The notes under the pieces: model-generated
What the model was told of the DNA's origin: nothing
What the model saw: the letters and a program-made list of their open reading frames with translations, nothing else
Databases searched by the model: none
Made by a program: the position numbers and the translations under genes
Shown here: positions 18,644 to 27,712 of the stretch, piece after piece
Layout of the letters: each line of letters opens with the position of its first letter
How positions within the stretch are numbered: the stretch's first letter is position 1
Assembly: GCA_049512055.1 (NCBI GenBank)
Contig: JBEKXK010000005.1
Span: 2,207-66,206 of the forward strand
Origin: Syntrophales bacterium
Lineage (GTDB): Bacteria; Desulfobacterota; Syntrophia; Syntrophales; UBA2185
DNA length: 64,000 nt
Reading direction: 5' to 3'

Positions 18644-19990
18644 TCATCTTATTCTTGGCGACCAGGACGGGCTCATGCAGCCGCTTGCACTCTCGTACAG
18701 CACTCTCACGTTTAACCCGTTGGCATTCATCACGCAAATTTTGTGTTTGCCGCCGCGCCTCGTACTGAAGACCAGGTACCTGCCATCCGGGGACCAGGAG
18801 GGAGACTCATGGTCAATGTTGTCAAAGGTGAGCTGCACGGGGCTGCTGCCATCTTCATTTGCAGTAAATATCTGGAAGCGGCCGTTCGTCAACCCTTCAT
18901 ATGCAATTCTGCCGCCTCTCGGCGACCAGGATGGAGATGTATTATAGCTTCCGTCATAGGTAAGTCTTTTCACGTCGCCTCCATCCGCACCCATCGTAAA
19001 TATCTGCGGTGAACCGGAACGGTTTGAAACGAAAGCAATTCTTTTGTTATCTGGCGACCAAGTAGGCGAAACATCGATGGCGAAATTATATGTGAGACGT
19101 TCAAGACTTCGGCTGCTGAGGTCCATCGCATATATCTCTTCGTTACCATCCTTGCTCAGGGTCAACAAGAGCTTCCTGCCATCCCTGGACCAGGATCCGG
19201 CCAGATTGATACCATCAAAACTTGCAATCTTCTCCACCTTTGCGCCATTCAATGCCTTCACGTAGAGATCAGGATTACCGTTCCTGTAAGATGTAAAAGA
19301 AATATTCTTCCCGTCGGGAGACCACCGCGGCGACAGTGTCAATGACTGGAAGTTCGTAACCCGGGAAAGATCAGTCGCATCGAAATTAATCGTATAGATG
19401 TCTGAATTTTGTCCCTTCTTTAATACAAAAGCGATCTTAGTGCCGAATACGCCTTCGTCCCCTGTTAGGGCGGAAAGAATCTCGCCGGCAAACTTGCGTA
19501 CCATTTCGGTTCTATCTTCTATCTTTCCGGCGTACTGTTTTGCGGTAATGACCTCTCCCTTTGTTACATCGAAGAGATGGAATTCGGCGGTGAGGTCCTT
19601 GCCATTATACTGAAATGCCCCCTTCACCAGATATTCAGCGCCAATTACAGCCCAATCGGCAAACCTGATACTTTCCACAGTTAAGCCAGACTGTTTTTGA
19701 TCTTCAAGGAAGGCCTTCTTGCTTATAATGTTAAAGAATCCCGTCATCTCCAGATACTTCGCCAGGGTATCTGAAAACCAGCTTGACAGCTCTCCCTGAT
19801 AACCCTGTTGACTTATTTTCCTGAAATCGACAATGGCGATGGGAAATTTTTGGAAGGCGGGAGAATCTATGTCAATGTAGACCTTGCCCAAGGCGCTGTG
19901 AGGCAGACACAAAATGGAGAGCATCACCGCCATGAGTGCAGCTAACTTCAGAAGACATCTAATCCCGCAGTAATTCATGAATAAGACCAT
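18644..19990 (-). CDS. tolB: Tol-Pal system beta-propeller protein TolB
   Basis: 448 aa with a signal peptide. Repeated propeller blades (SPRWSPDGK, SPTWSPDNK, SPSWSPRGG, SPSWSPDGR, SPSWSP). Confidence 0.93.
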   Translation of the reverse strand: MVLFMNYCGIRCLLKLAALMAVMLSILCLPHSALGKVYIDIDSPAFQKFPIAIVDFRKISQQGYQGELSSWFSDTLAKYLEMTGFFNIISKKAFLEDQKQSGLTVESIRFADWAVIGAEYLVKGAFQYNGKDLTAEFHLFDVTKGEVITAKQYAGKIEDRTEMVRKFAGEILSALTGDEGVFGTKIAFVLKKGQNSDIYTINFDATDLSRVTNFQSLTLSPRWSPDGKNISFTSYRNGNPDLYVKALNGAKVEKIASFDGINLAGSWSRDGRKLLLTLSKDGNEEIYAMDLSSRSLERLTYNFAIDVSPTWSPDNKRIAFVSNRSGSPQIFTMGADGGDVKRLTYDGSYNTSPSWSPRGGRIAYEGLTNGRFQIFTANEDGSSPVQLTFDNIDHESPSWSPDGRYLVFSTRRGGKHKICVMNANGLNVRVLYESASGCMSPSWSPRIR

Positions 19991-20017
19991 AGGCCCTTCA
20001 TTAAGAATTCTCCCCTT

Positions 20018-20722
20018 CTATCTGAATTCCATGGAATGGAACCTGATACCGACATCGATATTGTTATCTCTTATGGAATCCGGAAAGGGAGGAAAAGGGC
20101 TTGCCTTCTTGATGGCCTTCATGGCTGACTCATCGAAATATCGATTCCCTGAGCGTTTCTCAAAACTCAAATCTACAACTGTGCCGTTCTTCAGTATCCT
20201 CGCCTGGATAATTGCCTCGATATTCTCCCTCGGCAGTATTCCCTGCGGCAGCGTCCATTTTCCCCTGATCCGGGACCAGATAAGGCTGTAATAGACATTC
20301 ATCTTTGCGTTGGAATCAGCATTACTCGTCTGGCCCGCAGGGGCGGGCGGGCTCACCCCCGTATTCACCTTCTTCCTGATATCCTCGATTGCCTTGTCAA
20401 CGCTGCTCGTCTGCTTTCTTTGAGTATCCAGTCTCTTGATGGGGACGGCGGGGACAGTATCGGTCCGTTTTTTCAAGATAGAAGATTGCTCACCGGAAAT
20501 TGTTTGATTGAGTTCTCTGGCGATTGCCGATTGCGCTTTCCTTTCCTGGAGAACTTCAGAAAGACTTACGAGATTAACTGAATAGACGGGACCGAAGGTC
20601 CATCTTGGAGAGGGAAGAGATGGTGCAAAGAAAATGACAGTCAGCACTACAGTATGAATTATCAGAGATATAAGAATCATACTGTTCAGGCTGATATCAT
20701 TGTCATCTCGCTCCTTTTGCAT
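20018..20722 (-). CDS. tolA: TolA-like protein (TonB/TolA C-terminal domain)
   Basis: 234 aa with an N-terminal TM segment (MILISLIIHTVVLTVIFFA), a linker and a C-terminal TonB_C/TolA-like domain (IEAIIQARILKNGTVVDLSFEKRSGNRYFDESAMKAIKKASPFPPFP). The tolA assignment is supported by its position between tolR and tolB. Confidence 0.7.
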   Translation of the reverse strand: MQKERDDNDISLNSMILISLIIHTVVLTVIFFAPSLPSPRWTFGPVYSVNLVSLSEVLQERKAQSAIARELNQTISGEQSSILKKRTDTVPAVPIKRLDTQRKQTSSVDKAIEDIRKKVNTGVSPPAPAGQTSNADSNAKMNVYYSLIWSRIRGKWTLPQGILPRENIEAIIQARILKNGTVVDLSFEKRSGNRYFDESAMKAIKKASPFPPFPDSIRDNNIDVGIRFHSMEFR

Positions 20723-20743
20723 CCTGTATCATCCCGCGGAACA

Positions 20744-21166
20744 TCACCTTGATTCCTCAGGCGCCTCCGTGATCATTCCCAGCCTGTCGACACCGGCCTT
20801 TCTGACTTCGGACATCACTTCCACGACAAACCCATAAGGAACATTCTTGTCAGCCCGCATAAAAACTTCTCTATCGATCCTGTTGGCAAAGATATTTTCC
20901 AGCTTTGCACTGAGACCAGTGACAGGAACCTTATTCTTGTTTATATATATCTCTTTCGCACTATTAATCGTCAGCACAAGTTTTTCCTCTGTCACGTCGA
21001 TGCTCTTCGATTTAACCTGCGGCAGGTTGACGTCGATGCCCATCTGCAGCATGGGAGCCGTAACCATGAAAATTATCAGCAGGACCAAAACGACGTCAAC
21101 CAGAGGCGTGACGTTGATTTCGGCAAGCAGCTTGCTGCCGCTATTTCTTCTTCTTCCGGGCCTCAT
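20744..21166 (-). CDS. tolR: TolR/ExbD-family biopolymer transport protein
   Basis: 140 aa. AEINVTPLVDVVLVLLIIFMV followed by the periplasmic domain. Assignment supported by cluster position. Confidence 0.85.
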   Translation of the reverse strand: MRPGRRRNSGSKLLAEINVTPLVDVVLVLLIIFMVTAPMLQMGIDVNLPQVKSKSIDVTEEKLVLTINSAKEIYINKNKVPVTGLSAKLENIFANRIDREVFMRADKNVPYGFVVEVMSEVRKAGVDRLGMITEAPEESR

Positions 21167-21174
21167 AATACACT

Positions 21175-21927
21175 CTATTTTCTCACATAATTTCTTTCAA
21201 TGATATTTAGTATTTCAGAAGCGAAGTTGTCCATTTCCATGGACATATTCTTTACCACATTGAGAAAGTAGTTGTAGAAGATGACAGCAGGTATAGCAGC
21301 TGCAAGACCGGCGGCAGTAGCAATAAGTGCCTCCGAAATGCCCGGTGCTACTACAGCAAGGGTTGCCGAGCCTCTTGTGCCAATACCCCTGAATGTATCC
21401 ATAATGCCCCAGACTGTCCCGAATAACCCAATGAATGGCGATGCGCTCCCCGTTGTAGCCAGGAAGCTGAGTGTACTTTCAAGTCTTGTTGCTTCAGAAC
21501 TGCATGCTCTGTTCAAGGCTCTTTCAACGTTATCTATACCCTTCATCTCCAGTTGAAGCAGAGTCGCTTCATCGGATTCCTTGGGGGATGACGCGCCCCT
21601 TATGACCTTGGTTATCTTCACCAGTTCCGTATAGCCGGCCTGAAACACCTCAGCCATGGTTGAATATTTGTATTTTTTCGCTTCAGGGAAAATATCGGAG
21701 AGTTTATTGCTGTTCATATACGAGTCCAAGAACATATTATTTTCCCTTTTTACTTTTTTGATGCTCCTGTATTTCATCAAAATAATAGCCCATGACACAA
21801 CAGAAAAGACAAGAAGCAACAGCAGGATAAGCTGAACCATCAGTCCGGCATCAAGAATCATCTTGAGAATACTGCCATGAAAATGTCCTCCAAAACCAAC
21901 AGCGGCAACAGAAGAAATCTCTTTCAC
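21175..21927 (-). CDS. tolQ: TolQ (MotA/TolQ/ExbB proton channel)
   Basis: 250 aa with three TM segments. Motif LATTGSASPFIGLFGTVWGIMDTF. It is the first gene of the tol-pal cluster. Confidence 0.88.
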   Translation of the reverse strand: MKEISSVAAVGFGGHFHGSILKMILDAGLMVQLILLLLLVFSVVSWAIILMKYRSIKKVKRENNMFLDSYMNSNKLSDIFPEAKKYKYSTMAEVFQAGYTELVKITKVIRGASSPKESDEATLLQLEMKGIDNVERALNRACSSEATRLESTLSFLATTGSASPFIGLFGTVWGIMDTFRGIGTRGSATLAVVAPGISEALIATAAGLAAAIPAVIFYNYFLNVVKNMSMEMDNFASEILNIIERNYVRK

Positions 21928-22090
21928 TTTTTCACTCCTGAATCACTTATTTGCGGCAATGCCTGAGTCTGCGACTTATTATGGGTCATTACGTGTAATG
22001 GAAAAGCGTGGCCTTGTCAATAGATTTAGGATAGCGAGCGTGCAAAAGCAGAAGAAATTTCCAAGCCCAGAAGCTGACTGGCAGCAATCA

Positions 22091-23014
22091 TTATAAAAAC
22101 TCCGGCACAAAGGATACAACGTCATCAATGGCAGATGAATCACAAAAAATCATGGCCAATCTATCGACGCCGAGGGCAATTCCTGCTGACTGCGGCATGC
22201 GTGCCAAGTCTTCAAGAAAACGCTCCGATACGGGGTAAATTGATTTACCTATAGAATGACGATATTTGTTCACATTCAGAAACCGCCTGTGATGTTCTTG
22301 CGGATCTGTAAGTTCAGAACATGCGTTGGCTATCTCTTTCCCTCCCATATAAAGCTCAAACCGTTCGGCCAACGCAGTATCATCTTTCTTTTGTTTAGCG
22401 AGGGCTGACCCCGAAGCCGGATAATCATAGATGAAGGTCGGCTGAGTGAGTCCCAGGCGAGGTTCGATAGAGGAGACCATGATCTCATCGAAGCAATTTT
22501 CCGCCACTGCTCTATCCATTGACATCTGTGCATAGCAGGCAAAAGCCTCTCTTACAGATATACTCTCCCACGGTCTCTGCAACCCAATTGCTCTGCCCTG
22601 ATAGTTAATTGCATCCCCGTAACCAAGATGACCGGCCACAGAGACAATCAGTTCCTCACATTCTTCCATGAGCCGGCGATAGTCCACGCCCCGGCAATAC
22701 CACTCCAGCATCGTAAACTCAGGAAGATGGCATGAGCCTCGTTCGCCGTCACGGAAACACTTGCAGATTTGAAATATCATTGGATAACCAGCCGCAAGAA
22801 GCCGCTTCATGTGAAGCTCGGGAGATGTGTGCAAGAACGAATCGCCACACAAGACGGGATCAATGTGGGTTTCAGGAATCAGCGCCGGAATCATATGGGG
22901 AGTCTCCACCTCCAGATAATCCCTGCTCGTAAAAAAATCGCGGATCGCACGGATCATCCTGGCACGCTTCCATAAGATTTCCCGCTTCTTTGCCAGTCTC
23001 CCATCTTGTTCCAT
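22091..23014 (-). CDS. epmA: EF-P lysine aminoacylase EpmA (GenX/PoxA, LysRS-like class II catalytic core)
   Basis: 307 aa. Class II aaRS core motifs (YLEVETPHM, FRDGERGSCHLPEFTMLEWY, GIALGVDRLAM) and no anticodon-binding domain. Immediately downstream of efp. Confidence 0.85.
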   Translation of the reverse strand: MEQDGRLAKKREILWKRARMIRAIRDFFTSRDYLEVETPHMIPALIPETHIDPVLCGDSFLHTSPELHMKRLLAAGYPMIFQICKCFRDGERGSCHLPEFTMLEWYCRGVDYRRLMEECEELIVSVAGHLGYGDAINYQGRAIGLQRPWESISVREAFACYAQMSMDRAVAENCFDEIMVSSIEPRLGLTQPTFIYDYPASGSALAKQKKDDTALAERFELYMGGKEIANACSELTDPQEHHRRFLNVNKYRHSIGKSIYPVSERFLEDLARMPQSAGIALGVDRLAMIFCDSSAIDDVVSFVPEFL

Positions 23015-23021
23015 AGGAGTT

Positions 23022-23594
23022 TCAATCCTTGACTCTGGTTAGATATTCGCCGCTCCGTGTATCGACTCTGATCTTCTCGCCTTCTTCAACAAAAGGAGGA
23101 ACCTGAATCTGATAACCCGTTTGCAGGGTCACCGGCTTAGTCTTGCCTGATACAGAATCGCCCTTGGCCCATGGGTCGGCTCGTATGACGACGAGATCAA
23201 CGAAATTCGGCACGCTCACCTCCAGAGCCTTATCCTCAAAAAATAGGATTTCCACCTCCAGGTTATCAATAAGGAAATTTTTCGCCTCCCCGACTTGATC
23301 CTCAGTGAGAAAGACCTGTTCATAACTTTCGTTATCCATGAAGCAGTATTTCCCCTGTTCCTTATATAGGTACTGCATTTTTTTCTGCTGGAGATCTGCC
23401 GGTTCGAAATTATCCACGGAACGGAATGTCCGTTCAAACTGCGCCCCCGTAATCATGTTGCGCAATTTAGACCTGTATAGAGCCTGGCCCTTTCCGGGTT
23501 TGACAAAGTTGAACTCAGTAACGATGTAAGGCTCATTTTCAATCTTGATCCGCAAACCTTTCTTCAAATCATTCGCGCTATACATGTAACACAT
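23022..23594 (-). CDS. efp: translation elongation factor P
   Basis: 190 aa. NDLKKGLRIKIENEPYIVTEFNFVKPGKGQALYRSKLRN contains the PGKG loop with the lysine that gets modified. An alternative ATG lies at 23585. Confidence 0.95.
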   Translation of the reverse strand: MCYMYSANDLKKGLRIKIENEPYIVTEFNFVKPGKGQALYRSKLRNMITGAQFERTFRSVDNFEPADLQQKKMQYLYKEQGKYCFMDNESYEQVFLTEDQVGEAKNFLIDNLEVEILFFEDKALEVSVPNFVDLVVIRADPWAKGDSVSGKTKPVTLQTGYQIQVPPFVEEGEKIRVDTRSGEYLTRVKD

Positions 23595-23624
23595 TCTCTC
23601 CTTTCATTCTAAATCACGGACTTA

Positions 23625-24734
23625 CTAATTCACTTCTCCTATCCTGTCAAAAATATATTCGCCTCTCTCGCAGGTCGTCGTGTGAAAAGGAGACCCGGGA
23701 TAAAGGGGACATTTCCCCTTGCCCCCGGGGATATCAAATACATATTGCGGCACACAAAGCCCGGATATGCTTCCCCGTATTTTCTCCATGATTTTTATTC
23801 CTGACCGCACTTCTGTGCGAAAATGATCCGTACCTTTCACCTGATCACATTGAAACAAATAATAAGGCTTGACGGATATCCGCTGAAGGCCATAGAAAAG
23901 GTCCCGCAGGGTTTCGTAGTTGTCGTTGATGCCCCGAAGGAGGACGGATTGATTTGCTACAGGGATTCCCGCCTCAAGTATCATTTCACAGGCATGCGCC
24001 GCTTCCGGCGTAATTTCATGCGGATGATTGAATTGCGTATTGAACCAAAGAGGCCGATGCTTGCGCAGCGTATCACACAGTTTACGGGTAATCCTCATGG
24101 GCATGACAACAGGAACGCGGCTTCCTATACGCAGCACCTCCACATGGGGAATGGAACGTAACGAACCGAGAAACCAATCAAGGATACCTTCTTTCATGGT
24201 GAGTGGATCACCTCCCGAAACGATGACTTCCCGGATATGCTTCGTCTTGGACACATAATCAACCATGCGTTCCATGTACCCCCTGCTCTCTTCGATCCCG
24301 CTTCTCCTCCATATTCGCTTGCGATTGCAGTGCCGGCAATATGTTGCACACTTATGCGTGACGATTGTGACGCAGCGATCCCGATAACGATGCACGAGGC
24401 CTGAAACAGGCATGTCCCGTTCTTCTTCGAGAGGATCGGCCACACCCCCGAGTGAAAAACTTATCTCCCTTTCATCGGGAAAACACTGACGGCGAAGGGG
24501 GTCGTTATCATCAGCTGCATTCATTAGGGAAAAATAATACGGCGTGACGCTGAGGGGATAAGACCTTGCCACGGTTTGATATTTCTTGAGGGCCGAAGGC
24601 GTCTTCTTGAGAACTGCGGCCAATTGAGGAATATTGCGTATCCGATTTTTGTATTGCCACTCCCAGTCATGCCAATCCTTCGATGAGACTCCTCGCCACG
24701 GGCCTGCGGAGATGGTATGGTTTTTCGATTCCAT
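23625..24734 (-). CDS. epmB: lysine 2,3-aminomutase-like radical SAM enzyme (EpmB/KamA family)
   Basis: 369 aa. Radical SAM cluster motif CATYCRHCNRKR, the SGGDPL motif, and the KamA-type C-terminus (VKPYYLFQCD). Confidence 0.85.
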   Translation of the reverse strand: MESKNHTISAGPWRGVSSKDWHDWEWQYKNRIRNIPQLAAVLKKTPSALKKYQTVARSYPLSVTPYYFSLMNAADDNDPLRRQCFPDEREISFSLGGVADPLEEERDMPVSGLVHRYRDRCVTIVTHKCATYCRHCNRKRIWRRSGIEESRGYMERMVDYVSKTKHIREVIVSGGDPLTMKEGILDWFLGSLRSIPHVEVLRIGSRVPVVMPMRITRKLCDTLRKHRPLWFNTQFNHPHEITPEAAHACEMILEAGIPVANQSVLLRGINDNYETLRDLFYGLQRISVKPYYLFQCDQVKGTDHFRTEVRSGIKIMEKIRGSISGLCVPQYVFDIPGGKGKCPLYPGSPFHTTTCERGEYIFDRIGEVN

Positions 24735-25515
24735 GGTTTATAATGCTTCAAATAGAGTTTATTGAAAAGTCGCTTCCATTATTTGATTCTATAGCATCAA
24801 ACATTCATTATTACAAATTAGAATCCCGAAAGTTGTCATTAAGGCGTAAAGTTTGAGAATCAGTTCCAGGCATAGAATCTTGCCACTCCGGATATTATAC
24901 CTTGAGCTGCTGCGTTAAGAAATGAATTATTCGAAAGCAACACAGCCAATGGAATAAACGTATACATCGCTTGCTCCCCCATTGGGAAAACATGCGACGA
25001 CCGCTCAGAATGGCATGCCAGAGAGAGATTGTCGAGCGGCAGTCCGGTGAGTATTTCAGTATCAGAGAAACGACGCGATATCTATTTGGCATTGCATATT
25101 AGTCAGAAATAGACAATAATTAAGGCATATTTATCACGGAGTCGCACCGTGGGCTATAGGGAAACAATGCGGGACTACCGGAACAGATGAAAAGAAAGAA
25201 AAGCACGATATATGCAGGTGTTGTAGAATGTGGTCTTCACGAACTCGCAGAAGAATTCATTAAATCGGCCAGTAATGCCTTTCTATGAGCAAGAAAGAAT
25301 CAAAAGGAAAATAATCGAAACATGCCCTTTTGCCAGCCCGAGATTTCCTTTGCGCCCCGGGTACTGTCCTTATTATGGGGATATCTTTGCTTAAGACCAC
25401 AACGACGCTCCGGCGCCGAGCTGCAGGAAGGTCAAGGGAAAAAATCACGCGCTCTATCTCTCGCGATTACTTTGATCCGTCATGACAGGAAATATCTTTA
25501 AAAGGAGATCAATCT

Positions 25516-26664
25516 ATGAAATCGTTATCGAAGGATGAACTGAAGACCTTGATGAGCAAACAGAAGGGTCCCTGCATCTCAATGTTTATGCCCGCCTACC
25601 GTGCCGGCGCTGAGATCCAGCAAAATCAAATCAGATTCAGAAATCTGCTTCGTGAAGCTGAGGAAAAATTGATCGCCGCTGGCTGCCGCGCCCTGGAGGC
25701 GAAGGCATTGCTCGAACCTGCGCAGGGACTTTCAGGCAATATACCTTTCTGGCGACAACAGAGCGGCGGTCTCGCCGTATTCATATCTTCAGATGTATTC
25801 CTTCACTACGGCCTGCCCATAAATTTTGATGAACTGATAGTCGTGGCTGACCGTTTTCACGTCAAACCTCTTCTGCCCGCCCTGAGCGGAGACGGGCATT
25901 ACTACATTTTAACGTTGAGTCAAAAAGGGAGCCGCCTTTATGAAGGCACAAAACAGGACATCAGAGAAATCCAGATTGAAACGATACCCAAAAATCTTGC
26001 CGAGGCCCTCCAGTACGATGAGCTGGAAAAGCAGGTCCGCTTCTATAGAGGCACGCCGCGGGGAGGGGAGCGCGGATCCATGATGTCCGGGGGCGGCGGT
26101 GAACTGGACGATGCGAAGGAAAACATTTCAAAATATTTCCGCCAGATCGACAAGGGCTTACATGACCTACTGAGAGGCGAACGGGTACCTCTGGTGCTTG
26201 CCGGCGTCGATTATCTATTTCCGATTTACAGGGAAGTGAATACGTACCCTTATCTCATGGAAGATGGGATTCCTGGAAACCCCAAAGGAATAACTGCGGA
26301 GCAGTTGCATAAGCTGGCTCTTGAGATTGCAAGGCCTTATTTCCAAAAGGCTGAAAATGACGGCATCGCCCAATACCGGCAATCTTCCGGCACGGGATTG
26401 ACCTCCGGCGACATTAAAGAAATTGTCCGTGCCGCGTGTGACGGGCGGGTTGGTCTGCTCTTTATCGCCACAGGTCATAAACAATGGGGTGTTTTTGACT
26501 CGGAAACGAAGGATGTTCAAATGCACCAAAAGATGGAACCGGGCAGTGAGGATCTCTTAGATTTTTCTGCAATCCAGACTCTGCTGAATGGCGGCACTGT
26601 CTTTTCGCTTCCCCAGGAAGAAATGCCCGATGATAAACCAATCGCGGCTGTATTTCGTTATTGA
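25516..26664 (+). CDS. hypothetical protein resembling the bacterial eRF1-like (baeRF) families
   Basis: 382 aa with a good RBS (aaaggaga). The N-terminus (LSKDELKTLMSKQKGPCISMFMPAYRAGAEIQQNQIRFRNLLREAEEKL), the later PLVLAGVDYLFPIYREVNTYP and the C-terminal LLNGGTVFSLP...AAVFRY match my memory of baeRF-type (family 3-like) proteins. Not verified by any search. Confidence 0.5.
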   Translation: MKSLSKDELKTLMSKQKGPCISMFMPAYRAGAEIQQNQIRFRNLLREAEEKLIAAGCRALEAKALLEPAQGLSGNIPFWRQQSGGLAVFISSDVFLHYGLPINFDELIVVADRFHVKPLLPALSGDGHYYILTLSQKGSRLYEGTKQDIREIQIETIPKNLAEALQYDELEKQVRFYRGTPRGGERGSMMSGGGGELDDAKENISKYFRQIDKGLHDLLRGERVPLVLAGVDYLFPIYREVNTYPYLMEDGIPGNPKGITAEQLHKLALEIARPYFQKAENDGIAQYRQSSGTGLTSGDIKEIVRAACDGRVGLLFIATGHKQWGVFDSETKDVQMHQKMEPGSEDLLDFSAIQTLLNGGTVFSLPQEEMPDDKPIAAVFRY

Positions 26665-26709
26665 ATCGAAAAGCGTAACGTCTCCATCCATTTTGAACAT
26701 ACTTCTCAT

Positions 26710-27681
26710 ATGGATTTGCGGAATAGCAAAGTAAATGCGGCACGGCTTTCCGTGCTTTCGAATACATCTCTTGTGGTCATGAAGATCGCCGTCGGGTTCC
26801 TGATCGGATCGGTGTCTATCATTTCCGAAGCGATCCATTCCGGAGTCGACCTTCTCGCTTCCCTCATCACGACATTCTCCGTCAGCAAATCGGACATGCC
26901 TGCCGATGTCGAGCATCCCTTTGGCCACGGAAAAGTCGAAAACATCTCCGGCACTCTCGAGGCGCTGCTCATCTTTCTCGCGGCCCTCTGGATCATCTAT
27001 GAGGCAATCAGGAAGCTCCTTGATCCGGAGCCTATTGAATATGTCAGTTGGGGCGTGGGGGTGATGTCAATTTCCGCGCTGGTTAATATAGTCGTATCAA
27101 GAATGCTTTTCAGAGTCGCAAGGGAGACTGACTCTGTTGCACTCGCAGCAGACGGCTGGCATCTGCGCACCGATGTATATACCTCTGCCGGCGTGATGGC
27201 AAGCCTCGCCCTGATCGGGCTGGGTCACCTTATTTCACCTGCCGCCAATCTGTACTGGCTTGACCCCGTCGCAGCGATTGCGGTGGCGTTGTTTATTATG
27301 GGCGCTGCCTACAGGTTGACTCTCCAATCGGCGCAGGATTTGATGGATGTGAAACTTCCCGCAGAAGAGGAGACGTGGATCCGGCAGCTGATAGTGACGC
27401 AGAAGCCTGTTATACACGGCTTTCATCTATTGCGCACGCGCAAGGCGGGAAATTACCGCTTCGTTGACTTCCATATAAAAGTTGATCCTTCCATGTCTGT
27501 CGAGGACTCTCACAGGATCACCGATGAGTTATCCAGAAGCATAGAAAGTCATTTCCTCAATACAAGTGTCACTGTTCACATCGAGCCATGCGACGGCAGA
27601 TGTGATGACGATTGTCTATCCGGATGCCTGCTACCGGAAAATGAGCAGAAGGCGGCGATGCAGAAATACCGTCGGGTCTGA
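26710..27681 (+). CDS. cation diffusion facilitator (CDF) family metal efflux transporter
   Basis: 323 aa with six TM segments. Motifs AIHSGVDLLAS and ADGWHLRTDVYTS, a C-terminal cytoplasmic domain (VDFHIKVDPSMSVEDSHRI...HIEP) and a Cys-rich tail. Confidence 0.88.
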   Translation: MDLRNSKVNAARLSVLSNTSLVVMKIAVGFLIGSVSIISEAIHSGVDLLASLITTFSVSKSDMPADVEHPFGHGKVENISGTLEALLIFLAALWIIYEAIRKLLDPEPIEYVSWGVGVMSISALVNIVVSRMLFRVARETDSVALAADGWHLRTDVYTSAGVMASLALIGLGHLISPAANLYWLDPVAAIAVALFIMGAAYRLTLQSAQDLMDVKLPAEEETWIRQLIVTQKPVIHGFHLLRTRKAGNYRFVDFHIKVDPSMSVEDSHRITDELSRSIESHFLNTSVTVHIEPCDGRCDDDCLSGCLLPENEQKAAMQKYRRV

Positions 27682-27712
27682 CAAAATCAGGAATACTCGG
27701 TCAGAAATGTCC

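Noticed and set aside
21987-22000. A 14-bp perfect palindrome CATTACGTGTAATG upstream of tolQ, overlapping a TTGACA-N17-TACACG promoter-like pattern on the minus strand.
   Set aside because: It is a single short palindrome with a poor -10 hexamer. It is plausible as an operator but cannot be supported without comparative data.
24868-24886. A minus-strand TGGCAA-N-TATGC sigma-54-like motif upstream of epmB.
   Set aside because: The GG-to-GC spacing is off by one nucleotide, the -24 element is imperfect, and a sigma-54 promoter for an efp-modification operon has no supporting rationale.
25187-25288. A 33-codon plus-strand ORF (MKRKKSTIYAGVVECGLHELAEEFIKSASNAFL) inside the long spacer upstream of the baeRF-like gene.
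   Set aside because: No Shine-Dalgarno sequence and no recognisable family. It is too short to support from sequence alone.
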